Positions 1 through 13,174 of a DNA stretch of 64,000 nucleotides are shown in pieces (within the stretch, counting starts at the first letter, position 1; each line of letters starts with the position of its first letter). A program made the translations under genes and the position numbers. A model generated the notes under the pieces. The model searched no databases, was not told the origin of the DNA, and worked only from the letters and a program-made list of their open reading frames with translations. Where the stretch lies: assembly GCA_028826165.1 (NCBI GenBank), contig JAPDFW010000100.1:62001-126000 (forward strand). The letters are read 5' to 3'. Source of the stretch: Anaeramoeba ignava BMAN (taxonomy: Eukaryota > Protista > Anaeramoebae).

Positions 1-1255
1 CAAAATTCAAAATTCAAATAATTAATAAATTGAAATAATAATAAAATTTTCAAATAAAAAACAAAAAAATAAATATGTATTCTCTTTAATTTCATAAAAA
101 TATAAAATTATTCAAAAAAAAAATATTCTTTTATTCAATAAATAAATGAAAATAAATTTAAAATATAAAATTTATTTATTTATTTAAATTATATTTGAAA
201 TATTTAATTAAAAGAAAAAAAGAAAATATTATTATAAAAATATAAATTAAAAATCCAAAAAATTCAAAATTCAAAATTAAATTCAAATATAAATTAAAAA
301 GAAGAAAATATTTCTAAAAAAATTTGGAAAATTTAAATAAATAATTTGAAAAAAAAAGAAAAGAAAAGAAATTAATAAGAATAATTAAATAAATCAAGAG
401 AAAAAAAAGAAATGAAAATAAAAATATTTTTACTTTCCAATTTAAATTTAATTTAAATTTAATTTAATTTAATTTAAAAATAAAAATATTTACAAATAAT
501 AAATAAGATAAATATGAATAAATAAGATAAATATTGATAAATTATTTCTAAAAATCAAAATTTTTGTAAAAATATTTTTATTTTATTCAAAAAGAAAAAA
601 AAAATTTATTAATTAATTAAATCAATAATATAAAAGTGATATCAATTAATAAATATATTTTATAAATATTTATTTATATTTATTAAATAATTTATTAATT
701 AAATAAATAATATAATTTTGTTTTAATTTTTTTTAAATTTTTGAAAATAAATTAAATATTTTATATTTATTAATAAATAAAATAAATGAAATCAATAATA
801 ATAATAATATAAAATGATATCAATTAATGAATATATTTTATAAATATTTATTTATATTTATTAAATAATTTATTAATTTATTTTACATTTAAAATTGAAA
901 AAAAAGAATAAGAATGAAAATATTAATAAATCTAAAAATATTGAAAATAAGAATAAAAATAAACTATTATAAACAAAGAATTAAATTCAAAATAAAAAAT
1001 AAAAGTGATAAATTTCAAAATTTGAAATGATAAATAATTTTTTTTTTGATTAATTTATTCTTAATATTCCTTAAAGAAGATATTTACAATCAAATAAAAA
1101 TAAATTTAATAAAATAAAACCAAAAATAAAAATAAAAATAAAAATAAAAATAAAAATAAAAGAAGATTTGATTTTGTTTTGTTTTTTTTGATTTAAAATA
1201 ATTTTATTTAATAAAAAAAAAGAAAAAAAAATAATTAGAATTGTTTTATATTCCA
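1..1255. repeat. Segmental-duplication block Z, copy 1 (homologous to ~16320-17940 and ~23165-24770); contains a ~180-bp internal repeat marked by GATATCAATTAAT
   Basis: Shared anchors such as AAATATGTATTCTCTTTAATTTC, TACTTTCCAA and TTAATATTCCTTAAAGAAGATATTTACAATC occur in all three copies. Confidence 0.9.
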
Positions 1256-1915
1256 AATCAAAATCAAAATTAAATCAAAATTAAATCAAAATCAAAATTA
1301 AATTAAAATTAAATCAAAATTAAAATTAAATTAAAATTAAATCAAAATTAAATCAAAATTAAATCAAAATTAAATCAAAATTAAATCAAAATTAAATCAA
1401 AATTAAATCAAAATTAAATCAAATCAAAATTAAAATTAAATCAAAATTAAATTAAATCAAAATTAAATCAAAATTAAATTAAAATCAAAATTAAAATAAA
1501 ATTAAATCAAAATTAAATCAAATCAAATCAAAATCAAAATTAAATCAAATTAAATTAAATCAAATTAAATCAAAATCAAAATCAAAATCAAATTAAATCA
1601 AATTAAATTAAAATTAAAATCAAAATTAAATTAAATTAAATTAAAATTAAAATTAAAATTAAATCAAAATTAAATCAAAATTAAATCAAAATTAAATCAA
1701 AATCAAAATTAAATCAAAATTAAATCAAAATCAAAATTAAATTAAAATTAAATCAAAATTAAATTAAATCAAAATCAAATTAAATCAAAATTAAATCAAA
1801 ATTAAATTAAATTAAATCAAAATTAAAATTAAATCAAAATTAAAATCAAAATCAAAATCAAAATTAAATTAAATTAAATTAAATTAAAATCAAAATCAAA
1901 ATTAAATTAAATTAA
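1255..1915. repeat. AAATT/AAATC(A) microsatellite
   Basis: Continuous AAATCAAAATT/AAATT units. Confidence 0.95.
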
Positions 1916-2454
1916 AAAATATTTCCCAAAAAGAAAAAATTAATTATTTCTTTTATTTTTTTTATTTAATTATTTATATTTTTTTTTGATTAAATTTAAG
2001 AAATAAAAAAGATGAAAAGAAAAAAAAAACAAAAAATTTAATTTTGATTTTTATTTTGAAATTATTATTTATTTTTGATAATTTAAATTAAAAATTTTTT
2101 TTTAAAATTAAATTAAAAAATAATCAATTCAAAATTTTTATTAAAAAAATAAAAATAAAAAAAAAGGAATAAATTTAAATTTTGGAATTTTGAAATTTTA
2201 ATAATTTAATTTTATTTATAAATTTTTGAATTTTTATAATTTTTAAGAATAAATTAATAAAATAAAACAAAATAATTTTAATTTTAATTTTAATTTTTCT
2301 TTCCATTTTTTTTTTAAAATAAAAATTAAAAAAGATTAAAAAAAGAAAAAAAAAGGAATTTGATTTATTTTTATTCAATTTAAATTAAACAATTAAAATT
2401 AATTTTTCAAATAAATAAAAAATGATCTAAAATAAATAATTAATCAATGTCAAT

Positions 2455-5400
2455 TTAAAATAAAAAAAAAGTGGAATAAATAAATTTAAATAAAATTAAA
2501 TAAAAATAAATTTGATCAAAAAATAAAAAAGAAATAAAAATAAATATCGATATTTTGCTTGATGGAGTGTTTAAACGGAATAAAGTATATTCTTGTTCAG
2601 TTTTTTCAACTTCATCTTTTATTAATTCCTCAATTAGCTTCTTGAACAAATTATTATGAACAGCTAAATAAGTAACAGCTCTACAAACAGAATCCATATC
2701 ATATACTTTGACAACTTTCAACATCCCACTAATAAATCTTAAACTATCTGCTGTAGTAAAAATCAATTCTTCAAGATCTCGAATCGATTCCATTTTCTTG
2801 GCATTTTCACCTTTAAATTGCAAATTATACAATTTCTCTCCATAAACGTAAGGCCCAAAATCATCAGGAGGAGGTGGTGCTTTTACTTCGTTTTTCTTTC
2901 TTCTCACAACCAAAACCACCAAAACAACAATCAAAACCAATCCAAATCCTCCAACACTTGCTCCAACAGCAATAGGAATCGTGTTGTTTACATTGTTGCT
3001 TGTTGTTTGTTGCGGAACAGAAATCTCATACTTCACCAAATAGAAATCTTCTGGCTTCTCTGTATTCGTCAAATTCACAACCAAATAATCAGTCTGCGCT
3101 CCTTCATTCCCTTCATTCGTTATGATCGTGAAGTTTGCTAATTGCTCATCAATTTCCTTCTTGCTTCCGTTCAACATCTTGTTTTGCGTCTCGTTGAAAC
3201 TTGATGATTTCATCTCAAATACTGTTAATGAAAGTCTTATTATAAGTTCTGTTTCGTCAGGATCAAAAATATCAAACGAAATCATGAATTGGTTTCCTTG
3301 ATAAATGAATTCTTTGTTGTTGTTTTTGTTTTCACAATCATCATAGCAAATTGCTTGAATTGTTGATTGATGATAAGTTTTTGTAATATCAAAAACAATT
3401 GTGAAGTTTTTAACTGCTTCTCCATTCTTCATCATAAAACTCAACTCCAATGGATAAAAATAGTAAAGTGGTGCTCTGATATAAACCAACAAAGGATTCG
3501 CTTCATTGATTGATGTTCCATCTCCTTTTGTGATTACATCCCCAATAAAAATATCACTGTTGTTTACTCGAATACTTGAATTTGAAATGTTCTCTCCAAT
3601 CCATACAATTTCCCAAATAGAACTTAAATTTCCTGAAAATAAATCTGTAAATGTAAGATTGATTGGTGAATAATAATCTTCAGTTATGTTCCCTTCTCCT
3701 TTATTCATTTCAAGATTAGATGAATTAAGTTTCAATGTGATTTGATTTGTTCTTGAATATCCACTATCTGATCCTAATGTTAGATTAAAAGAAATATCTG
3801 GAGAACTATCATTGTTTTGAGATGTCATAATATAATCAAATGTAATATTTCCTGAATTTGAAGCAGAAGAAATATTAGATGTAATCCCATTCGAAACAAG
3901 TTTTCCATTATAATAAATGATTCCATTCGTGATAGGTGATGATATTGTGAAATTAATAACATTATTTCCTTTTCCATCTTTATAATCTATCGCAAAACTT
4001 TGATTTTCTGAACTTGATAAATTTAATTCAAAATAAAAAGGATAAAATCCAGGACCTCCTGTTACATTTCTAACATCAATTATCAACTCAGATTGATGTT
4101 TCCATGATGATTTATAATTCAAATCAACAAAAGTAATTGTATATCCAAACAAACATTGAACACTTTGATTTGGTTGAATTGGAGCTAAAATATTAATTTT
4201 TGAAGAATTGATTGGCAAAGTATAATTAAGTTTAATTTGATCACCTGAATCTGCTGAATACAAATTACAATAATAATATGAAGAATTTGAATTATTTGAA
4301 GTTATACTAATTTCATAAATTGAAGAATTTGATAAAAGATAAAAATCATTAAAATCAAATAATGAATATTGACTATCATTTAATGTAAGTGTATTTCTTG
4401 ATTGATTAAACCAAGCAGGAATTCCAGCTTCATAATTTCCTTTAATTTCTTCACTTGTTAATATTCTTTCATAACTTCCTACATAATAAACCAAATGTTC
4501 AAATTTTAGAGTATCCATTGGAAAAACATTTGAAATATTTTTAGAAAGATTTCCAAAACCAATTTTAATATTATTAAGATAAACAGATTGATTTCCAATT
4601 TCCCAATTTACAATTAAATGATAATAATCTCCATTTGATAAATCAGGTGTTAATACTGTAAATTCTTCAACTGGAGAATAACCTTGATAAATTTGAATCA
4701 AAAGAGAAGAAGTATTTGAACCTATTGAAATTACTGGATAATAACTTCCTCTAAAAGATGATTCATCATTAATCAAAATATTATTAGATTGATTAATATT
4801 TGAAAACCAAATCTCAATTGAAAAAGAAGAAGAACTCAAATTAAGATTAACTTTATTAGGCTGAGATCCAGTTGAAGATTCAATTCCTTTTTTTTTTAAA
4901 ATTAAAATTAAAATTAAAATTAAAATTAAAATTAAAATTAAAATTAAAATTAAAATTTAAAATTAAAATTAAAATTAAAATTAAAATTAAAATTAAAATT
5001 AAAATTAAAATTAAAATTAAAATTAAAATCAAAATTAAAATCAAAATTAAAATTAAAATTAAAATTAAAATTAAAATTAAAATTAAAATTAAAATTAAAA
5101 TTAAAATTTAAAATTAAAATTAAAATTAAAATTAAAATTAAAATTAAAATTAAAATTAAAATTAAAATTAAAATTAAAATTAAAATTAAAATTAAAATTA
5201 AAATTAAAATTAAAATTAAAATTAAAATTAAAATTAAAAAAAATTAAATTTAAAATTAAAATTACCTGTATGAGTAACATTATTTTCAATATACCACCAA
5301 TTTGAATTTTGAGTTGAAATATTTACATTTACTTCAGATCCATTAGCAAGAAAACAAGGAATTAAATTTCCAGAATATTGATTTTGAAAAGTAAATGAAA

Positions 5401-5503
5401 TATTAGAAGGAATTACTCTTGAACAAAATGAATTTGATAAAAGAAAAAAAATAAAACAAATTGAAAAAGAAAAAGAAAAAGAAAAAAGATTAAATTTAAT
5501 CAT
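2455..5503 (-). CDS. Type-I membrane protein: signal peptide, LamG/ConA-like domain, Ig/cadherin-like stalk, TM helix, N-terminal part of a RasGAP domain; appears 3'-truncated (possible pseudogene)
   Basis: Exon1 5503-5266 (hydrophobic N-terminus), GT-AG intron 5265-4887 filled with AAAATT, exon2 from 4886 in frame (HTG|IESSTGSQP). LamG-like motifs SFSIEIWF, YHLIVNW, SVYLNN, ERILTSEEIKGNY. TM IAVGASVGGFGLVLIVVLVVLVV-RRKK. RasGAP-like LIKDEVEKTEQEYTLFRLNTPSSK. Coding character ends at ~2548; the rest is T-rich read-through. Confidence 0.75.
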
Positions 5504-6394
5504 TTCTTTTTTTTGATTGATTAATTGATTAATTGATTGATTAATTGATTGATTGAAAAATTAAATCAAAAAAAAAAATCCAAAAAAAATTTTTCAAATG
5601 AAAAATTAAAAAAAAAAAAGTGAAAAATCAAAATTAAAAAAAAATTTTTTTTTATTTTAAAAAAATCTCAATAAAAATAAATTAAAAATAAATTAAAAAA
5701 AAAGCAAATTTATTTTTAATTTGACTTTGACTTTGATTTTTAATTTTAATTTTAATTTTAATTTTTAATTTTAATTTTAATTTAAATGTGGTTATTTAAT
5801 CAATAAAATAAAAATAAAAAAATCCAAAAAAAAAAAATTAAATAAAATTAATAAGGCAAAATAAAAGCAAATTTTAATTTTAATTTTAATTTTAAATTTT
5901 AAAATAAAAAAATAAATTTAAAATTTGATCTCTTTTTTTTTTGATTTTTAAATTAAATTAAATTAAATCAAATTAAATTTAAATTAAATTAAATTAAATT
6001 AAATTAAATTAAATTAGATCTGATTAAATTAAATTAAAATAAATTAGATTAAATTAAATTAAATTAAATTAAATTAAATTAAATTAAATTAGATCTGATC
6101 TTTTTTCTTTTTTTTTTCTTTTTTTATTTTGATTGTTTGAATTATTTTTTATTTATTTTTTTTGGATTTAAAATTAAAATTAAAAATTAAAAAGAAAATA
6201 AAAAGATTTTTTGTTTTTGTTTTTGTTTTTATTTTTGTTTTTATTTTTGAAATTCATTCAATTGAAAAAAAGAAAAAGAAAAAGAAAAGAAAAGAAAAAT
6301 ATTTTCCTTTTTTCTTTTTGATTGATTGATTGATTAATTGATTGATTGGTTGATTAATTGATTAATTGATTGATTGATTAATTGATTAATTAAT

Positions 6395-8368
6395 TCAGAA
6401 AAAAAGAAAAAAAGAAAAAAAGAAAATTGAAATTGAAATTGAAATTGAAAGAGAATTGAAAAGAAAAGAAGGTGAATTAGAAAAAGGTGAATTTGGAATT
6501 GAGATATTAAGTGTTGCAGTTGTTGAATAATAAATTGTTGAATTGATTTCTTCATAAATTGAATAATTAATTGTAATTATTGTTTCTTTACCTCCAAGAA
6601 TATAAATCATTTTAGAATTTTGAGGTAATGTTGAGCCAGTTTTAATAGTAATATATCCTTCTGAATCTGAATAGAAATTTGCACCATTTGCTTCTAAAAT
6701 ATTCTCAATTATTACAGTGAAATTATATTCTTTTAAAATACTTTCACATTCAAGTTCAATTCCTTCAATTTTTCCAGTTTCTAAATTTACTTTTTGATTA
6801 TTAACTTGAAGAAAATTTTGAATTATAATATTTTCATTACAATTTGTTGAATTTTTTCCTCTATCATTTGTAACAAAATATGAAAAATTAATTAATTGTT
6901 GAGATGAATGATTTAAATTTTCTTCATATTCATAAATAACACTCCAATTATCAAAAGATCTATAATCAACAATAGTATCATTTGAAATAATTTTTGAACC
7001 TTTAGTTTGATTTGAAAGAATTTGATAAATTGATCCATTTAAAGGAATTGAATTAATTATTGCATTATTAAGATTTGAATATTGATCATTTCCAATTAAA
7101 GAAATTTGACAAGATTTATCAATATTAATACAATAAGTTGATAAAGAAGAACAATATGGATTTGGAGGATTGATTGAAACATTAAATTGAATTGAATAAG
7201 GAGGATTTGGAAATGTTGAAAAATTATTAGTTTTATCAAAAAGTGAAATATTCCATTTAGTAATATAAGAATCATGTTCAAGATTTCCTTCAAAAAGAAA
7301 TTGAGAAGATAAATTAACATTTAATTCTTGTTCATTATAAATCAAATTTGTTTTTATTCCATCAAAAAATGTGTAAATATATCCATAAAGTGGTTCAAAA
7401 ATATCAATTGTTTTCAATATAAATGTATCATTTGTTTCATTTGTAAAAGATTCAAGACTAATAATATCTATTTATTTTATTTTCCAAAAAATTATTTTTA
7501 ATTCAAATTCAAATTCAAATTCAAATTCAAATTCCAAATAAATAAAAATAAAAAATAAAAAAATACCTTTTAATTGAAAAGTTTTGTTTGTTTGAACATT
7601 TAATGAATTAATTAAAATTGATGGAGGAGCAGGAGGTGGTCCATTATTAAATCTACTTAAAATATATGAAGATGAAAGTTCACTTCCATAAACTCCTAAA
7701 TACATAAATCTTGATCCTACAGAGATATACATTCCTACATTTTGACCTTCAGGAATTGTTAAATAATTATTCCCATCAGAATGAATAATTGAATTAATCA
7801 AAGTTCCATTATAATAAGTTGAAAAATTTCCATTTTTTTTATAAGTAAAAACAATATGATTTAAGAATCCAAATGATGAAATATTGGAATAAAGAGTTTT
7901 ATAGTTTTGATTTTGATCAAAAATAGTAATTTGAATTTGAGGAGGAGATTGAGATGTATCAGTTACTGCATAAAAAAAATAATTTGCAGCCTCCATGTAA
8001 AATAGAGTATAAAATGAATTATTTGCAGGAGGTTGAAGAAACCAATATTCAAAAGAAGCTTGCTCAGTATATGAAGTTGAATTTAATCCACATCCTTGAG
8101 TTAAATCAGAACAATTACAATATATTGGATTAGATTGAATAATATTAATTTGAGTCATATTAACACCAGAACTAAAAAGTGAAGGATAAAGCCAATTTCC
8201 AGAAACACCAGAGAAAAAGAAAGTTTGATCAGGTAAAGAAGCAGCAATATCACCTTTTCCTTCATTAAATTTAAATTCAAATTGTTTATTAACTTGAGAT
8301 AATCTAATTTCAATTAAAAAAATCAAAAAAATAAATTGAAAAAGATTAAATTTAAAATTATTTGCCAT
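6395..8368 (-). CDS. LamG/ConA-fold surface glycoprotein, copy A (624 aa), probable GPI anchor
   Basis: Exon1 8368-7567, GT-AG intron 7566-7468, exon2 7467-6395 in frame (QLKD|IISLES). Signal peptide; FKFNEGKG, ASFEYWF, NHIVFTY, STYYNG motifs; Pro linker GPPPAPP; many N-x-S/T sites; hydrophobic C-terminus with no cytosolic tail. Confidence 0.8.
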
Positions 8369-11300
8369 TTTTGTTTTGTTTTGTTTGTTTGTTTTTGATT
8401 AATTAAAATTTTGTTTTTGTTTTTTGTTTTGGAAAAGAAAAAAAAAATGGATTTTTTAATTTAAAACATTTTTTTTTCTTAAAAACTCATTAATTAATTA
8501 GTCATTTTATTTTAATATTATTTATTATTTAATATTATTTAATTTAATTAAAAATATATAAAAAAATGGTAAATTTAATCAAATCAAGATCAAATCAAGA
8601 TCAAATTTAAAACAAAATTTAAAATTAAAAATAAAAACAAAAAAAAATTCAAACAAAAAAAAATTTTTTTTTTCAATATAAAATTTAATTTTGATCAATA
8701 AATAAATTAAATAAATTAATTAAATAAAAAGAAAAATTAATTATTTTAAATTTAATTTTAAATAAAAAGAAAAAAGGAAATTAAAATTGCTTTTTTTTGG
8801 ATTTTATTTTTTTTTGTTTGGAAATTTAAAATTAAAATTAAAATTAAAATTAAAATTAAAATTAAATATTATTTCTATTATTATTATTATTATTATTTTA
8901 AATTTAATTTATTTTAATTTTCCAAAAAAATCAAAATCAAAATCAAAATAATTTAAATTTAAAAAATTTAAAAATAAAATTAATAAATCTTAATAAAATT
9001 AAATTAAATAAAATGATCTATTTTTTATTTTTTATTTTGATTTTTTTTTTGCCTAATAAATATTTAATTTTAATTTTAAATTTAAATTTTAATTTTGAAA
9101 TGATGAAAATTATCCAAATTTTTATTTTTAAAAAACAAAAAAAAAAAAGAAAATAATTTATTTTAAAAATAAAAAGAAATTAAAATAATAAAAATAATAA
9201 ATTAAATTTAAATTATTTATTTAAATAATTAAATTAAATAAAATATTTATAAATAATTAATCAAAAATTAATCCAAAAAAAAAAGAAGAAAAAAAAGAAA
9301 AAGAAAAAAAATTTATTTTTATTTTTAATTAAAATTAATTAATAAATAAATAAAAACTAAATTAAAAATATCTTATAATAATAAAATATTTAATAATAAA
9401 ATAATAAATTAAAATTAATTATTTATTTAATTAATAATCAAAATAATTATTAATTATTTATTTTTAATTTAATTATTAAAAAATTCTCAAAAAAAAAATT
9501 ATTTTTTTTCTTTCTTTCAAAATAAGAATAAAAATAAAAATAAAAATAAAAATAAAAATAATCTTTTTAATAATTATTTTGATTAATTTAATAATTATTT
9601 AAAATTAAATTATTATTCCAAAATTTATATTTATTTCTTTTTAATAATTTGGAAAATTAATTTTATTTTTTTTTTATTTTTTGGATTTCAAATTTTTAAA
9701 TAAAAATAAAAATAAATTTAAATTTAATCAAATAAAAATAAATATTTATTTTTGTTCCACTTTTTGATTATTTTATTTTTATATTAAAAATTAAATAAAA
9801 ATTTGATAAATTAAATAATAAATATTTATTTTATTCTTATTAAATTTAAATTTAAATAAAGAAAGAAAGAAAGAAAGAAATAAGATAATTAAAATATTAA
9901 ATAAATTTATTATTTGATTTTTATTATTTATTATTTATTATTTATTATTTTAATATTGTTTTTTTTTGTAATTAAGATTTATAAATTTATTTTTTATTTT
10001 TTTTTTGATAAATTTAAAAATAATTTTATTTTCTTTTTCTTTAATTTTTAATTTAAATTTTTAATTTTAAATTTAAATTTCTTTTTATTTATATTATTTT
10101 TGATAAGTTTTAATTATTTTATTTAAATAAATTTTATTTTTATTTTTATTTTTATTTTCATTATTAAATATCAATTTTTATTTTTATTTTTTAAATCAAA
10201 AAAAAATCAAAAATAAATAAATAAATAAATAAAAAGGGGAATTAGGGAAAATTAAATAAATAAATAAATAAATAAAGGAAAATGAAATAATTCTCTTAAT
10301 TATTTTATTTAAATTTAATTATTTTAATTAAATTAATTATTTTTAAAATTTTTTAAAATTTTTTTTGTTATTTTTATTTTGGAATAAAGATTTTTCTTTT
10401 TTATTTTATAAACAAAAATAAATAAAAAATAAAAAATAAGAATAAAAAAAGAATAAATTGGAATTTTTTATTATTAATGTTTTTTAAAATTAAAATTTAT
10501 AAATAAAATAAAATTTCTTAAATTAAAATTTTTGTTTTTTTTGTTTTTTTTGTTTTTTTTGAAAATAAATTTAAATAAAATAAAAAAGAATTTTAAAAAA
10601 AAAAACAAAATTAATTAATTAATTTAAATTTAAATTTAAATTTATTCTTATTTTTTTGTTTTTGTTTTTGTTTTTGTTGTTTATTTTTTTTGTAAAAATA
10701 AATTTTAAAATTTTTGATTAAATTTTTGATTTGGATTTTTTTTAATCTTTAATTAATTAAATAAATAAATTAAAATAAAATTTAATTTAAAATAATTTAA
10801 TTTTTGAAAATAAAATAAATTATTAATTATTATATAAATTAAATCTTTAATTAATTAATTTATTTTTATTCCAAATTTTTATTTTTATTTTTGGAATGAA
10901 AAATAAAAAAATAAAAATAAATTAATCAAAAATAAATTAAATTAAATTAAATTAATAAATATTAAATAAATAAATTAATTTAAAATAAATATTTAATAAA
11001 TATTTTAAATTTTAAATTTAATTTTTATTATTTTAATTTTTGATTAAATTTATATTAAAATTAATTAAATTATTTTATTAATTATTTAATAAGGAAAATA
11101 AATAATTAAATTATATTTTATATTATTAATTTATTTCAAAATAATTTATACATTAAAGTTAATAATTATATTATTATTTAAAATTATTTTATTTTGTTTT
11201 AGAAATTAAATTAATTAAAATTCAAATTAATATTTTTGATTCCAAATTTATATTTGATTTTAAATCAATTTTAAATTAATTTAGATAATAAAATCTTTTT

Positions 11301-11459
11301 ATAAATTTTATAAATAAATAATTTTATATTTTAAATAATATTTTCTTTTTATTTTTATTATTTTTATTTTTGGAATTTATATTTAATTTTTTTCATTTTT
11401 TTTAATTTAGAAAATAAAAAGTGGAATAAAAAGTGGAATAAAAATGAAATAAAAATATT

Positions 11460-12065
11460 TTTAAATTATTTCTTAATTAAATTTATTACAAAATAATAAA
11501 TAAATTATAATTAAAAATCAAATAAAATAATAAATAAAATATTTTAATTAATTTATTTAATTATTTTTAATAATAATAATTTAATATTAATAATAAATTC
11601 ATTTTTAAAATTATTTCTTAATTAAATTTATTACAAAATAATAAATAAATTATAATTAAAATTAAATAAAATAATAAATAAAATATTTTAATTAATTTAT
11701 TTAATTATTTTTAATAATAATAATTTAATATTAATAATAAATTCATTTTTAAAATTATTTTTAATTAAATTTATTACAAAATAATAAATAAATTATAATT
11801 AAAAATTAAATAAAATAATAAATAAAATATTTTAATTAATTTATTTAATTAATATTAATAATAATAATTTAATATTAATAATAAATTCATTTTTAAAATT
11901 ATTTTTAATTAAATTTATTATAAAATAATAAATAAATTATAATTAAAAATTAAATAAAATAATAAATAAAATATTTTAATTAATTTATTTAATTATTTTT
12001 AATAATAATAATTTAATATTAATAATAAATTCATTTTTAAAATTATTTCTTAATTAAATTTATTA
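11460..12065. repeat. Tandem repeat, ~144-bp unit, about 4 copies
   Basis: TAATTAAATTTATTA(C/T)AAAATAATAAATAAATTATAATT and AAATTCATTTTTAAAATTATTT recur at ~143-146 bp spacing. Confidence 0.8.
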
Positions 12066-12209
12066 ATTTATTTTTAATAATTAAATTAAGAAATAAAAAG
12101 GATTTTTTGTTGATTAAAATAATTTTTGTTTTTTTTTTGTTTTTAAGAAATAAATAAATAAATAAATAAATAAAGAAAGAAAATTAATTTTATTTTCAAT
12201 TTTTCCAAT

Positions 12210-13174
12210 GGTCGTTTTTGCGAAAAGATGCTATCTTTCTAAATTTGAGAGTTATTGATAATATATGAAATAATTTCCTTTGTTATCGATTATTTTTCTG
12301 ATAAAAACAAAGAAGAGATTTTTTGACTAAAAATGAAATAACCAAATTCAAAATTTTTTATTGTTTTTTTCATTCTTTATTAAAATTTTCTTTTTCTTTT
12401 TCTTCATATTTTGAATCGATTTTGTCAATTTTAATCAATAATTTCTTTTCTCATCTAATCTCTCAATTCAATTCAATTTCTCTTCTTTATTCTTTCTCTT
12501 CTTTGACAAATAATTTTGGATTTTTTATTCTAACAAATGAATTAAAAGAATAGAATAATCTTTTCATTAGATTTTGAAAATAAATTGTCTCTTCAGATTA
12601 TTCTTTCTTCATTGTATGAAAGGATCTTTGTTTTTAATTTCATTACAATGACAAAATATTTCAAAAAGTTATCAACAATTCTTTATTGATTTCTTTTAGA
12701 TGTCAATTACATACAATGGAAATTTTCTTGTTCATTTTTTATTTGAGTATTTTAGACATCTTCTCCCATTTGGGTTATAAAATCAATACCTTTTTCATCA
12801 ATAAAATATAATTTGAAACTTTTTGCATAGAATGATTTTATAACCCAAATGGGAGAACATATAAATTTTAATAGTTTTGAAAAAGAACTCCTTATATCTC
12901 AACTATAAATTAATTTGATTCAAATTTAAAAACAAAAAACAAATATAAAACTTATTGAGAATAAAATGGTTATTTCAAAATTGCAAGAAGTTATTCAAAT
13001 AAAAGAAAAAAAAAGCAAAATAAATTTGAGAAGTTTTATTTTTGTTATCAATATTATAAACTTTCTCGACCCCTTTCTTCTCAACAATAAACAAAAGAAA
13101 TGGCTTGAAAAGATGTGTTATTAAAGAAAATGATTTTTGGCCAATTTTTCGATCATCTATTCGCAAAAACGACC
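12210..13174. mobile_element. Non-autonomous DNA transposon (MITE-like), 965 bp, 21-bp TIRs, 3-bp AAT target-site duplication
   Basis: Left TIR GGTCGTTTTTGCGAAAAGATG (12210-12230); right TIR CATCTATTCGCAAAAACGACC (13154-13174), one mismatch. AAT immediately flanks both ends. The interior is richer in GC than the flanks and has no intact ORF. Confidence 0.85.

Noticed and set aside
1071-1256. Small ORF 'MEYKTILIIFF…' present three times (also 17751-17942 and 24581-24772)
   Set aside because: TTG start, low-complexity FI repeat; its recurrence is explained by the segmental duplication.
7950-8050. Diversity-generating retroelement as the source of LamG variability
   Set aside because: Substitutions are not adenine-specific and include indels, and no template repeat or reverse transcriptase is present in the window.
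11460-12065. CRISPR-like array
   Set aside because: Head-to-tail tandem copies without unique spacers, eukaryotic context, no cas genes.
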